This document shows positions 54,491 to 64,000 of a stretch of 64,000 bases of DNA, in pieces. Origin of the DNA: a bacterium (lineage in GTDB: Bacteria; UBA8248; JACPRG01; G963555815); NCBI GenBank assembly GCA_965261595.1, contig CBDHDG010000004.1:832001-896000 (forward strand), written 5' to 3'. Position 1 is the first letter of the stretch; the number at the start of each line of letters is the position of its first letter. The notes below the pieces were generated by a model that was not told the DNA's origin, searched no databases, and worked only from the letters and a program-made list of their open reading frames with translations. A program made the translations under genes and the position numbers.

Positions 54491-54928
54491 GCATGCGACC
54501 CAATGACCAGCCGGCGTGCGTCGAGTAGTTCGGCTGCCTTGTCGGCGCCGCCGCGGGTAATAGCGGTAGACGGTAGTCAAGACTCCGGAACCGCTGGCCT
54601 CAAGCCACCACACCGTCTCGAAGAGCCCGACCGGGCAAGAGGGCGCGCTCCATCCGCCGCACGCGGAATCGGGATTTTCACGCCTGAATGTAACGTGGAC
54701 GTGTCATTTGCAAAATCTTGCCGCATTTGACCGCGATTCCTACGACACTTGACGGCGGTTCCTGGAACACTTGACCGGGATTCCTGCGTGATTTGACCGT
54801 CGGGGATGGGGCCCTGGTTCCCGCCCTGATGCTCTGCTCGGCGACTGTTTCGAGGTCAGCCGAGGTGCCGATTCTCTCCCCGCCTTGCCTCATCGATCGA
54901 TCGATCGAAGCGAGGAGGCAGAGGCTCG

Positions 54929-56521
54929 ATGAAGAGGACCGGCATGATCGACATCAAGGATATTCTTCGACACCGTCACGGCCACGGCCTGGCGCGGGCG
55001 GAGATTGCGGCCGCGACCGGGGTGAGCACCGGGACGGTGTCGCATGTTCTCGAACGGGCGTCGGCGGCGGGTCTGTCCTGGCCGTTTCCGCCCGATCTCG
55101 ACGATGAGGCGCTTCGGGCACGGCTCTACCCGGCGCCTGAGCGCGACAGCGGGCATGTGGAGCCCGACTGGGACGCGGTCATCGAAGAACTCAAGGCGCC
55201 TCGCAAGCGCCGCCGCGCCCGGCTGACCCGGCGCCAGCTCTGGGTCGAGTACCGCGACGAGGCGCTGGCGCGGGGCGGCACGGCCTACAGCTACAGTCGG
55301 TTCTGCGCGCGGCTCAAGGCACGGCTGAAGGACAGCACCGGGCAGGCGCAAATGCGCTTCGACTATGCGCCGGGGCTCTACGGCCTGTCCGACTTCTCCG
55401 GCAAGACGCTGGCGCTGCGCACCGGCCGCGGCGAGAAGGATGTGGAGATCTTCGTCGCGGTGCTGGCCCACTCCTGCCTGATCTACGCCGAGGCGGTGCC
55501 GAACCAGAGCGTGCGTCACTGGACGATGGCGCACCGCCGCGCGCTCGAGTACTTCGGCGGCGTCCCCGGGCGCTGGATCATCGACAACCTCAAGTCCGGG
55601 GTCGACAAGCCGGACCGCGAGCAGCCCCAGCTCAATCCGAGCTTCCGCGAGTTCGCGCGCCACTACAACGTCGCCGTGCTGCCTGCGCGCTCGGGGCGGC
55701 CCACCGACAAGGGGCTCGTGGAGTCGGCCGTCGGCGCGGTCCAGACGCGCATCCTGGTGGCGCTGCGCCATGAGACCTTCTTCTCGCTGGACACGATGAA
55801 CGCCGCGATCCGCCGCGAGCTCGACCGGCTCAACCACGCCCCCATGGCATGCGGCGAGAGCCGCCGCGCCGTGTTCGAGGCGAACGAGCGGGCGTCTCTC
55901 CAGCCCCTGCCGGCGAACCCCTGGGAGTGGGGCGAGTGGATCGACCGCAAGGTCGGGCCGAACTGCCATGTGTGCATCGAACGCAACTACTACTCGGTGC
56001 CCGACGGCAATATCGGCCGCAAGGTCGACGCGCGCCTCGGCGAGCGCATGGTCGAAGTGTTCCTCGAACGCGGCGGCGAGCGCCTCGCCGTCCATCTCCG
56101 CAAGGGCGGGCGCAACCAATACGCTACCCGGCCCGAGCACATGCCCGACCGTCTCAAGGCGGTGCGCGACATCCGCAAACCCGACTACGGCGACATCCTG
56201 CTCGAACGGGCCCGCCGCATCGGGCCCAACGCCCTGACCTGGGCCGAGCGCTGCTTCGCCTCGCGCGACTTCCCCGAACAGGCCTTCGCCACCGTGCAGG
56301 GCATGATCCGCCTCGCCGAGGATCATGGCGGGCCGCGCCTCGACGCGCGCTGCGCCGAGGCCCTCGACCTCAACCGCCTCGCCTCCGGCTTCCTCAGGGA
56401 GCGGATCAAGAACGGCGGCGACGCGGCGCCGTCCCGCCCCGAAGCCGACGAGACCATCCCTGGCCACGCCAACATCCGCGGCGGCGCCTACTACAGCAAC
56501 GATGAAGGAGCGACACCATGA
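54929..56521 (+). CDS. istA: IS21 transposase
   Basis: YSYSRFC, DFSG, FGGVP....DNLKSGV, P.DKG.VE..V, NYYSVP. Confidence 0.93.
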   Translation: MKRTGMIDIKDILRHRHGHGLARAEIAAATGVSTGTVSHVLERASAAGLSWPFPPDLDDEALRARLYPAPERDSGHVEPDWDAVIEELKAPRKRRRARLTRRQLWVEYRDEALARGGTAYSYSRFCARLKARLKDSTGQAQMRFDYAPGLYGLSDFSGKTLALRTGRGEKDVEIFVAVLAHSCLIYAEAVPNQSVRHWTMAHRRALEYFGGVPGRWIIDNLKSGVDKPDREQPQLNPSFREFARHYNVAVLPARSGRPTDKGLVESAVGAVQTRILVALRHETFFSLDTMNAAIRRELDRLNHAPMACGESRRAVFEANERASLQPLPANPWEWGEWIDRKVGPNCHVCIERNYYSVPDGNIGRKVDARLGERMVEVFLERGGERLAVHLRKGGRNQYATRPEHMPDRLKAVRDIRKPDYGDILLERARRIGPNALTWAERCFASRDFPEQAFATVQGMIRLAEDHGGPRLDARCAEALDLNRLASGFLRERIKNGGDAAPSRPEADETIPGHANIRGGAYYSNDEGATP

Positions 56522-57279
56522 CCCTGCGACAACCCAATATCAAACGCATGCTGCAACTCGGCCTCTCCGGCATGGCCGAGGCCATGGAGGAGCAGCACGA
56601 CATCGCCGACATCGAGCAGCTTGGCTTCGACGACCGCCTCGCCATGCTGCTCGAGCGCGAAGCCCAGCACCGCGACCACAAGAGCTATCTCGGCCATCTG
56701 CGCCAGGCCCAACTGCGCATCCGCGCCGACATCCAGGACGTCGACTGCCGCGCCGGCCGCGGCATCGCCCGCACCACGCTGACCCAGCTCGCCGCCGGCG
56801 ACTGGATCCGCCAGGCCCTCAATCTGATCATCGAAGGCCCGACCGGGTCGGGGAAAACGTTCCTCGCCTGCGCGCTCGCCCATCAGGCCTGCCGCCAGAA
56901 ACAGCCCGTCCTCTACCGCCGCGTCCCCAAACTGGTCGCGGCGCTCACCCGTGCCCGCGATAAAGGCACACACGACCGTCTGATGCGCCGCCTCGCCAAG
57001 GTCTCCCTGCTGGTCCTCGACGACTGGGGGCTGCAGGGCTTCTCCGCGGAGGGCCGGCGCGACCTGCTGGAGATCGTCGAGGCGCGCCACGGACGCAAGT
57101 CCATCCTCATCGCCAGCCAAATCCCCGTGGAGCAGTGGCCAAGTGTGATCGGAGAACCCACGATCGCGGACGCTGTACTCGACCGCATTATTCACAACGC
57201 CTACCGCATCGACCTCAAGGGCGAGTCCCAGCGCAAGCGCAACAAGCCGCCGCCGCTCGACGTAGGCAACGACAAATGA
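56518..57279 (+). CDS. istB: IS21 helper ATPase
   Basis: GPTGSGKT.LACAL, LLVLDDWG, ADAVLDRIIH. Confidence 0.95.
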   Translation: MTLRQPNIKRMLQLGLSGMAEAMEEQHDIADIEQLGFDDRLAMLLEREAQHRDHKSYLGHLRQAQLRIRADIQDVDCRAGRGIARTTLTQLAAGDWIRQALNLIIEGPTGSGKTFLACALAHQACRQKQPVLYRRVPKLVAALTRARDKGTHDRLMRRLAKVSLLVLDDWGLQGFSAEGRRDLLEIVEARHGRKSILIASQIPVEQWPSVIGEPTIADAVLDRIIHNAYRIDLKGESQRKRNKPPPLDVGNDK

Positions 57280-57714
57280 GGGTGCCCCGGCCTGACGGCC
57301 GGGGTCCAGGGGCGCCTGCGGCGCCGTTCCCGGCCGCAATACCGGGGCACGCGGCGGCATGCTGAATGTGAGAGCTTGCCGCCGCGCCCGGCGACGCTTT
57401 ACAGGTCGATCCAGGCTCGCTTACGCTCGCATCGGGCCGGCCTCCGGCCAGCCCCCTCAAACCAATAACGGAGGAACCCCACAACAAACCCGGGAGAGAA
57501 GCGCCTCGGCGCCCAATCCGCGCGATCCAATCAGGCCAGATCCGACGGTCAAATCACGCAGGAATCCCGGTCAAGTGTTCCAGGAACCGCCGTCAAGTGC
57601 GCAAGAATCCGCAGTATTCCTAGAATTGAGCCAGATATAGAGAAAATGTCCTTCCAGACCGCCATATCTGGTGTATAGTAGTAGGATCATATGCATCACT
57701 TGTATGAGCAGCCG

Positions 57715-57915
57715 ATGCCGAACCGAAAGAAAGCCAGACCTATGAAGCGCGTAACTGTTACGGTAGACCCTGACGATTACGCGGCACTGCTTCAACTTGC
57801 CCAGCGGAGCGACGTGAGCGCATCGTGGCTGATCCGCCGCTCAATGCGCGAGTTTTTGCAGCGGCACCACAACGATCATCGGATTGATGTCATACTTGAT
57901 CGGGAAATCGCCTGA
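57715..57915 (+). CDS. Ribbon-helix-helix (CopG-like) regulator preceding the RM genes
   Basis: KRVTVTVD...Y..L..LA....VS.SW.IR..MREFL; stop overlaps the MTase ATG. Confidence 0.75.
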   Translation: MPNRKKARPMKRVTVTVDPDDYAALLQLAQRSDVSASWLIRRSMREFLQRHHNDHRIDVILDREIA

Positions 57916-59633
57916 TGGCCAGGCTGTCTTCCGCACGACAGGCATCGCTGCCCGGCCTGTGTCCAGTGGCTGATGCTGTCGCGCTCTTTTCCGCCTCCGG
58001 ATTTGAGCAACGAGGCGCGATCTACACCAGGCGGGAAGTTATCGAATTCATTCTCGATCTTGCTGGGTACACGTCTGACCGCCCACTCTATAGGTACAGT
58101 GTGCTTGAACCATCTTTCGGTGACGGCGATTTCCTGCAAGTCATAATCGACCGCCTGCTAAAAAGCTGGCAGCAGAGCGATTCTCGCGGCGATCTCTTTG
58201 CCGCGCTAGCGCCGTGCATTCGCGGCGTCGAGCTAAACCACCTGTCTTTCAGGAGCACCCGAAGCAAGGTGATCGCATGGCTCAAAGAGTCAGGTATCGC
58301 AGCCGACAAGGCGAAACGTCTTGCCGAGTCATGGCTTGTCCAGGGTGATTTCCTGCTGTCTGCACTGCCCGACTCTTTCGACTTTGTTGTCGGCAATCCA
58401 CCGTATGTGCGCCAGGAACTGATTCCCGATACTTTGATCGCCGAATATCGTTCACGATACCGCACCGTGTTCGATCGCGCCGACATCTATATTCCCTTCA
58501 TCGAGCGGTCCCTTACATTGCTAACGTCCGGTGGAACGCTGGGTTTAATCTGCGCCGACCGCTGGATGAAAAACCGGTATGGCGGCCCGTTGCGCCAGTT
58601 GGTGGCCGAAGGCTATCATCTTAAAGTTTACGTCGATATGACCGACACGCCAGCGTTTCACGCTGACGTAATCGCTTATCCTGCGATCACGATCATTACC
58701 AAGGAAAAACCGGGCAAGACGAGGATCGCCCACCGCCCGACCATCGAAAAGACCGTGCTGGATGCCTTGGCGCAGCAAATCCGCGACGAAAAAACGCCGC
58801 CGCTTGGAGGTTCGGTGTTCGAAATGAACGATGTCGCCGCTGGAGCGCAACCTTGGATTCTGGCATCGCCAAACAAGCTCACACTCATCCGCAGGCTTGA
58901 ACGCGACTTTCCTACCATCGAGCAGGCTGGCTGCAAGGTCGGTATTGGTGTGGCGACCGGTGCTGACAAAGCCTTTATTGGTCCAATGAACGAGCTGGAT
59001 GTGGAGGATGACCGGAAACTTCCGCTCGCCATGACCCGCGATATCGACAGCGGCCAGGTGAAGTGGCGCGGCCTTGGGATTATAAATCCATTCGCCGATA
59101 GTGGCGGCCTTGTCGATTTGAATGATTATCCCCGTCTAAACAAATATCTCGAAGAGCGGCGTGAGCAAATTGCAAAAAGACATGTTGCGCGGAAAACTCC
59201 GGCCAATTGGTACCGGACCATTGACCGCATCTATCCGGCGCTTGCAACCAAACCAAAGCTACTTATCCCCGATATCAAGGGCGATGCTCATATTGTCTAC
59301 GAAGACGGGCTCCTGTACCCGCATCACAATCTTTATTTCATCGTTTCAAACGATTGGGATTTGAGGGCGCTGCGCGCCGTGCTGTGCTCAGGCATCGCCA
59401 GGATGTTTGTATCGATCTACGCGACCCGGATGCGGGGCGGTTATCTACGTTTTCAGGCGCAATATCTGCGGCGCATTCGGCTTCCGCTCTGGCAAGACGT
59501 TTCTGTCTCCCTTAAGACCACACTTGCCGAGGCGGCGGCACGCAATGACGCAGATGCGTGCACCAACGCTGTCGAGAAGCTTTATGACCTTTCACAAGAT
59601 GAACGTGCCGCAATCGACGGCATCGGCGAATAG
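57915..59633 (+). CDS. N6-adenine DNA methyltransferase (gamma class, PaeR7I/TaqI-like)
   Basis: [34 protein letters not shown]. Confidence 0.92.
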   Translation: MARLSSARQASLPGLCPVADAVALFSASGFEQRGAIYTRREVIEFILDLAGYTSDRPLYRYSVLEPSFGDGDFLQVIIDRLLKSWQQSDSRGDLFAALAPCIRGVELNHLSFRSTRSKVIAWLKESGIAADKAKRLAESWLVQGDFLLSALPDSFDFVVGNPPYVRQELIPDTLIAEYRSRYRTVFDRADIYIPFIERSLTLLTSGGTLGLICADRWMKNRYGGPLRQLVAEGYHLKVYVDMTDTPAFHADVIAYPAITIITKEKPGKTRIAHRPTIEKTVLDALAQQIRDEKTPPLGGSVFEMNDVAAGAQPWILASPNKLTLIRRLERDFPTIEQAGCKVGIGVATGADKAFIGPMNELDVEDDRKLPLAMTRDIDSGQVKWRGLGIINPFADSGGLVDLNDYPRLNKYLEERREQIAKRHVARKTPANWYRTIDRIYPALATKPKLLIPDIKGDAHIVYEDGLLYPHHNLYFIVSNDWDLRALRAVLCSGIARMFVSIYATRMRGGYLRFQAQYLRRIRLPLWQDVSVSLKTTLAEAAARNDADACTNAVEKLYDLSQDERAAIDGIGE

Positions 59634-59641
59634 AGGTACGC

Positions 59642-60379
59642 ATGGCAATCGATCTTGCCGATTACGAACGTAAGGCCCGAAAAGCCGTCCAGATGTTCTG
59701 GGGTACTCGCGAGACGGCGCGTCAGAACCAGATCAAATCCGGCAGAGCCGACCAGGGCGAACGCGCCGGCGTGACGGCCGGGAAGAACATGGACGGCTTT
59801 ATCGCCCTTGTCATCGACATCGTACGGTCCAATGGGCTGAATCACGCCGACATCCATCAACAGCGACGGGTGCTGACACTGCCAGGCTATTTTCGGCCAA
59901 CGAAGTTGTGGGACCTTCTGGTTATCAATAACGGCCGCCTGATCGCGGCACTGGAATTCAAGAGCCAGGTCGGCCCATCCTTTGGCAACAATTTCAATAA
60001 CCGCACCGAAGAAGCGATTGGTACCGCACATGATCTGTGGACCGCCTACCGGGAAGGAGCATTTGGCGAGCAAGCACGCCCCTTCGTCGGTTGGCTGATG
60101 TTGCTGGAAGATGCACCGGCATCGCGCTCATCAGTACGCGATTCATCGCCTCATTTTCAAGTCTTCAAGGAGTTTCGGGGCGCCTCGTACGCTGAACGTT
60201 ACAAGATCCTGTGCCAGAAGCTGGTTCAAGAGCAGCTTTACACGACAGCTTCGATAATCACATCGTCCCGTACGGCTTTCAAGGACGGTGCATATTCAGA
60301 GCAGAGTGATATGACCGGTCTGCGCACCTTTGTTACCGGACTGGGAGGCCATGTCGCCGCCGAGGCGGCGAGATCTTGA
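59642..60379 (+). CDS. Type II restriction endonuclease, PaeR7I/XhoI family (predicted site CTCGAG)
   Basis: [46 protein letters not shown]. Confidence 0.88.
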   Translation: MAIDLADYERKARKAVQMFWGTRETARQNQIKSGRADQGERAGVTAGKNMDGFIALVIDIVRSNGLNHADIHQQRRVLTLPGYFRPTKLWDLLVINNGRLIAALEFKSQVGPSFGNNFNNRTEEAIGTAHDLWTAYREGAFGEQARPFVGWLMLLEDAPASRSSVRDSSPHFQVFKEFRGASYAERYKILCQKLVQEQLYTTASIITSSRTAFKDGAYSEQSDMTGLRTFVTGLGGHVAAEAARS

Positions 60380-60448
60380 TCTGCTCCTGCTGCCCAGCCT
60401 GTCGCTTAGCTGGTGCCCTCGCATACCCTCGCCGGAGGCTGTTGGCTG

Positions 60449-63400
60449 ATGTGGCCTGACAATGAAACAGAACGCGATTTTCTCAATTTCTCTGGCGTCG
60501 CCGACACTATTGCCGAGATTGTTGTCCAAGCAAGTGGCCGGCCCACCTCGATCGGCGTGTCCGGTTCTTGGGGAAGCGGCAAGTCGTCGATGATCAAGCT
60601 GGTGCGCCGTTCTCTTGAACAACGGGCTGAAAGTTGCGCGTCACCCTTCGTCTTTGTTGAATTCAACGCATGGCTTTATCAGGGATACGACGACGCTCGC
60701 GCAGCCTTGCTTGAAGTGATTGCCACTAAACTTGCAGAAGAGGCGGCCGCTCGTAACACTGGAATCACAAAAGCGCAAAATCTACTGAAACGTGTCAACT
60801 GGTTGCGGGCAGCGAAACTCGGAGCTGGCTCTGCCCTAGCCTTAGCGCTCGGCCTGCCACCCACGGGGATAGTGGGTGATGCATTACGTGCTGGACAGAA
60901 TCTACTGTCAGATGACGGCGACGTGACTAACATCGCTGGTCTTGAGAAGAGTGCAACTGAAGCCAGCGCCGCTTTCGGTGGTTTGTTAAACCCGAAACCC
61001 GAGCTTTCACCTCCTCGTGAAATTCACGCTATTCGTGATAGTTTCAGGGAGGCTCTTAAAGAAATAGTGGACCGCCCCTGGGTTATTGGACACTCGGGTG
61101 AGGGTATTCGACCTCATGCGGCCTCCGCAACTTGAGCGAGTTTTTCCTGCCTTGCCTGGGCCGGCGTTCGGTAGCCGTAGCCCTCGAGAATCCAATGATG
61201 GTTATACAGGTTCTTGAACTCAAGCAGCGCCCACCGCAGTTCCTCTACGGTGGCGAAAGAGCGCACCCACAGGAGATTTTCCTTCAAGATGCGGATGAAC
61301 CACTCACAGTAGCCATTTCCCTCGGGCGCCCGCACGAAGCTGGGCGAACTGGTCATGCCCAGGTAGGCGATCTCCCGCTGAAAGTCATCGGACAGATAGG
61401 CGGGGCCGTGGTCGTGACGAACTTTAAGCCCCTCGGCGACGTCCGCCTCCAAGCCGGCGAAGCGCTCGGCGACCCCCTGCCGGATCGGCTCCAGGGCCTC
61501 GAAGCGGTTGCCGCTCTTGGCCGCATGGATCCCCACGCAGTCCACCGAGCAGTGATCCACCGCCACGAATACCGAGGCCATCCCCTCCTCGGTGGTCACC
61601 GTCGTCGTCATGTGCGTGCCCCACATTCGGTCGGGCCGCTCGGTGCGGATGGTCCCGTTGTGGGCCTTGGGACCTCGGGGTTTGCCCACCCGGTGGGGGG
61701 CCTGAAGCCCCGCCTCCCGCATCAGGCGACGCACCCGCTCCTTGCTGGTGCGGATGCCCGCGAAGCGCAGCCTCGCCCACACCTTGCGGTAGCCCTCGCC
61801 ATGGAAGGGAGAGTCCTCCAGGACCTGCCGGATGTGGCCGAGGAGTTCCGCATCGGTGCACGGGCCCACAGGGCCGCGCTTATTGGGCGTGGGGCGTTCA
61901 TGAACGGGGACCGCCTCTCGCCGCCGTTGCGCGTAGACCGTGGAGCGCGCCAAGCCCCAAAGGGCGCACACCCGCTTCAGGCCGTAGGCTCTGCCCGTGG
62001 AGGTGAAGCGGGCCTGACTCATCGCCTCCACCTCCTGCCGGCTAAAGGGCGGCCGGCCTCCAGGCGGTCGATCTTCTCCCGCAGGACCTCGCCCTCCATC
62101 GTGAGTTCGCCCACCTTGGCCTTGAGCCGGGCGTTCTCCTCGTCCCGCTCATCCGCCGGGCGGGCTTTGAGCGCCGCCTCGCCCCCGCGAAGGAACGCCT
62201 CGCGCCAGGCGGAAAGCCGAGCCGCTGTCGTGCCCAACTCGCGGCAGAGCGTCTCCAGGCTCTCGCCCCGCAAAAGACGCAGAACCGCCTCCCGCTTGCG
62301 CTGGCAGGAGAACCGACCCCGCTCACTGCGATGCCCTGGGGCCTTGGCTCCGTTCGCCCTACGGGCGCCCTCCGCCAAAGCCCCCTCTTGCTTTTGTTCG
62401 TTCATCGCGACACCCCTTTCTCCATGAATCATGGATCAATCGAGTGTCCAACAAAACCCTAGAGCGGGGGAATAGGAATCACTCTGGTAGTGCTGATTGA
62501 CGATCTTGATCGCTGCCTTCCACCGACCACTATATCGACTCTTGAGGCTATACGACTGTTTTTATTCCTCGATCGAACGGCATTTGTCATTGCGGCAGAC
62601 GACGCGATGATTAAGCACGCCGTAAGTCAACATTTTGGCGGCGTTGATGGCGATTTCGTAACCAATTACTTCGACAAGCTTGTGCAAATACCGATTAGAG
62701 TGCCACCACTTGGAACGCAAGAGGTTCGGGCATACTTGATGCTACTGTTTATCGAGAACAGCGAACTCTCGGAGGAAGAAAAGGAATTCATTCGCCAAAA
62801 AGTTTGTGCACGTCTCTCCGAAACTTGGCGTGGCGTACGCGTCGATCGCGCTTTCATAGAGACGGTTCATACAGATTTGCCCACCGAACTTATCGGCCGA
62901 TTCGACACGGCGGACAGACTCGCGCCACTAATGACTTCGGCTTCCCAAATATCCGGCAATCCACGGCTAATCAAACGCTTCCTCAATGCGTTGGCCATCC
63001 GCATGGCGATTTCGGATGCCCACGGTGTTGGTGTGGATGAGGCGGTGCTAGTGAAAATGCTTCTCTTCGAGCGCTGCGGCAATTCGAAAGCATATGACGA
63101 ACTGACACGAATAGTAAATGAAGATACTGAAGGAAAGGCGCGGTTCCTTGATGGTTGGGAAGACAAGATCACAACCGGTGAAATGCTGGAACTTTCTGAG
63201 ACCTGGGAGGAACCATTTATCCGTGAATGGTTGAACATCCCACCCAAACTCGGCAACCTAGATCTGCGCGGAGTGCTTTATGTCGGTCGTGAGCACGCAC
63301 CGCTCATCACCCCCGAAGATCGCCTGTCTTCCGAGGCAGCAGAGTTGCTGTCGGCAATGCTTGAATCCCCCGATATGGCGGATCAGACTTCTTGATCGGC

Positions 63401-63720
63401 TGGCCACCGTCCAGCGAGCTGAATTGGCGATCATTATGAATCGGCTGCTGGAACGTGCTCTGCAGGAACAAGAGTGGGGGACACCCCCCATACTGAACGC
63501 TTGCCTTACCGTCACTCGCGCCGATCCAGGGCAAGGTACACGCCTTGCCGCCTTCTTGAGCGATCGCCCCGCAGCGCAGATCACAGCGCCAATAATTCCA
63601 AGAATCGGCGACCAGCCGTGGGCAGGAGAGGTATTCGGGAGGTGGCGGGAAAGCGGTGTGAACCCTCCAGTCAAAGCAGCCATAACGAAGAGGAAGAGGA
63701 ATGGGGACATCCCAATCTAG
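60449..63720 (+). pseudogene. qatA: QatA-like KAP-family P-loop NTPase, split by an IS and frameshifted near 63390
   Basis: MWPDNETERDFLNF, GSWGSGKSS, FNAWLYQGYDD; rejoin EI-GITLVVLIDDLDRCLP; NPRLIKRFLN. Confidence 0.82.
61068..62471 (-). mobile_element. IS3-family element copy 3 (1404 bp) inserted in qatA
   Basis: 4-bp target duplication ATAG (61064-61067 / 62472-62475). Confidence 0.92.
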
Positions 63721-64000
63721 TTCGGGCTCACCATCAAATGTTCCGATGGTGCCACCATGGGTTCCCGATGCGCCCGTCGACGGAGCCAAGGTCAGAATGA
63801 ACCGGATGAGACCGATAAAGACTCGGGTACCGGGGACACTCAGCAACCGGCGCCGCTGACCACACGCCCGGTGCCCATAGCGCCCCGTGGCCGCTTCGCC
63901 CCGGCCCGGCGCGATATCGGGAGCTTTGGTCGCACCGGTTCAACAGACGATATGCGGCGGGGAGTCGGGCACTATGCCCGAAAAAGCCTAGGTGGCAGTG
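63701..64000 (+). pseudogene. qatB: QatB-like protein, 5' part, frameshifted near 63785, runs off the window
   Basis: MGTSQSSSG....VPMVPPWVP; second frame RF..ARR..GSF..TG...DMRRGVGHY....LGG; overlaps the qatA end. Confidence 0.72.

Larger units (their letters stand above)
54709..57613 (+). mobile_element. IS21-family element
   Basis: TG...CA ends with a perfect internal 58-bp inverted repeat (54746-54803 / 57542-57599); carries istA and istB. Confidence 0.92.

Noticed and set aside
54709..54803. Short repeated units as a possible CRISPR or iteron array
   Set aside because: These are the subterminal transposase-binding repeats of the IS21 element, mirrored at 57542-57613.
57687..57707. TCATA-N11-TATGA as the RHH operator
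   Set aside because: Only a 5-bp arm match; too weak to call without comparative data.
1..64000. CRISPR array, retron/reverse transcriptase, tRNA, rRNA or prophage structural genes
   Set aside because: No regularly spaced repeats, RT motifs, cloverleaf or rRNA signatures, or virion genes were recognised by eye.

Overview
The window has two halves. Bases 1 to about 25.65 kb are GC-rich bacterial core genome: an NMT1/THI5-type binding protein fragment, an amidohydrolase, two ZIP transporters, a purine biosynthesis cluster (purB-C-S-Q-L, cupin, purF, di-haem lipoprotein), a dTDP-rhamnose/UDP-glucuronate/ADP-heptose cluster (rfbACBD, ugd, uxs, radC, gmhA, hldE), and EamA and TenA-like genes. From about 25.65 kb to the end lies an IS-riddled, partly decaying anti-phage defence island that starts inside a truncated Nramp-like gene. 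Intact defence genes are a DUF262-DUF1524 (GmrSD-like) nuclease, Shedu (DUF4263), and a PaeR7I/XhoI-type RM system with an RHH regulator. Broken ones are a Gabija-like OLD nuclease + UvrD pair (nonsense codon), QatA/QatB (IS insertion and frameshifts), and HNH- and HEPN-like remnants. The best candidate for an undescribed system is a translationally coupled ParA-like ATPase + RelA/SpoT small alarmone synthetase pair, visible only after removing an IS1380 one-ended transposition unit and repairing one frameshift. The island also holds about 7 full or partial arm-type tyrosine integrases, IS3/IS256/IS1380/IS481/IS21 elements, and an unclassified pair of about 130-bp inverted ends with IHF-like sites. 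No tRNA, rRNA, CRISPR array or reverse transcriptase was recognised. All assignments come from motif recognition by eye, not database searches.
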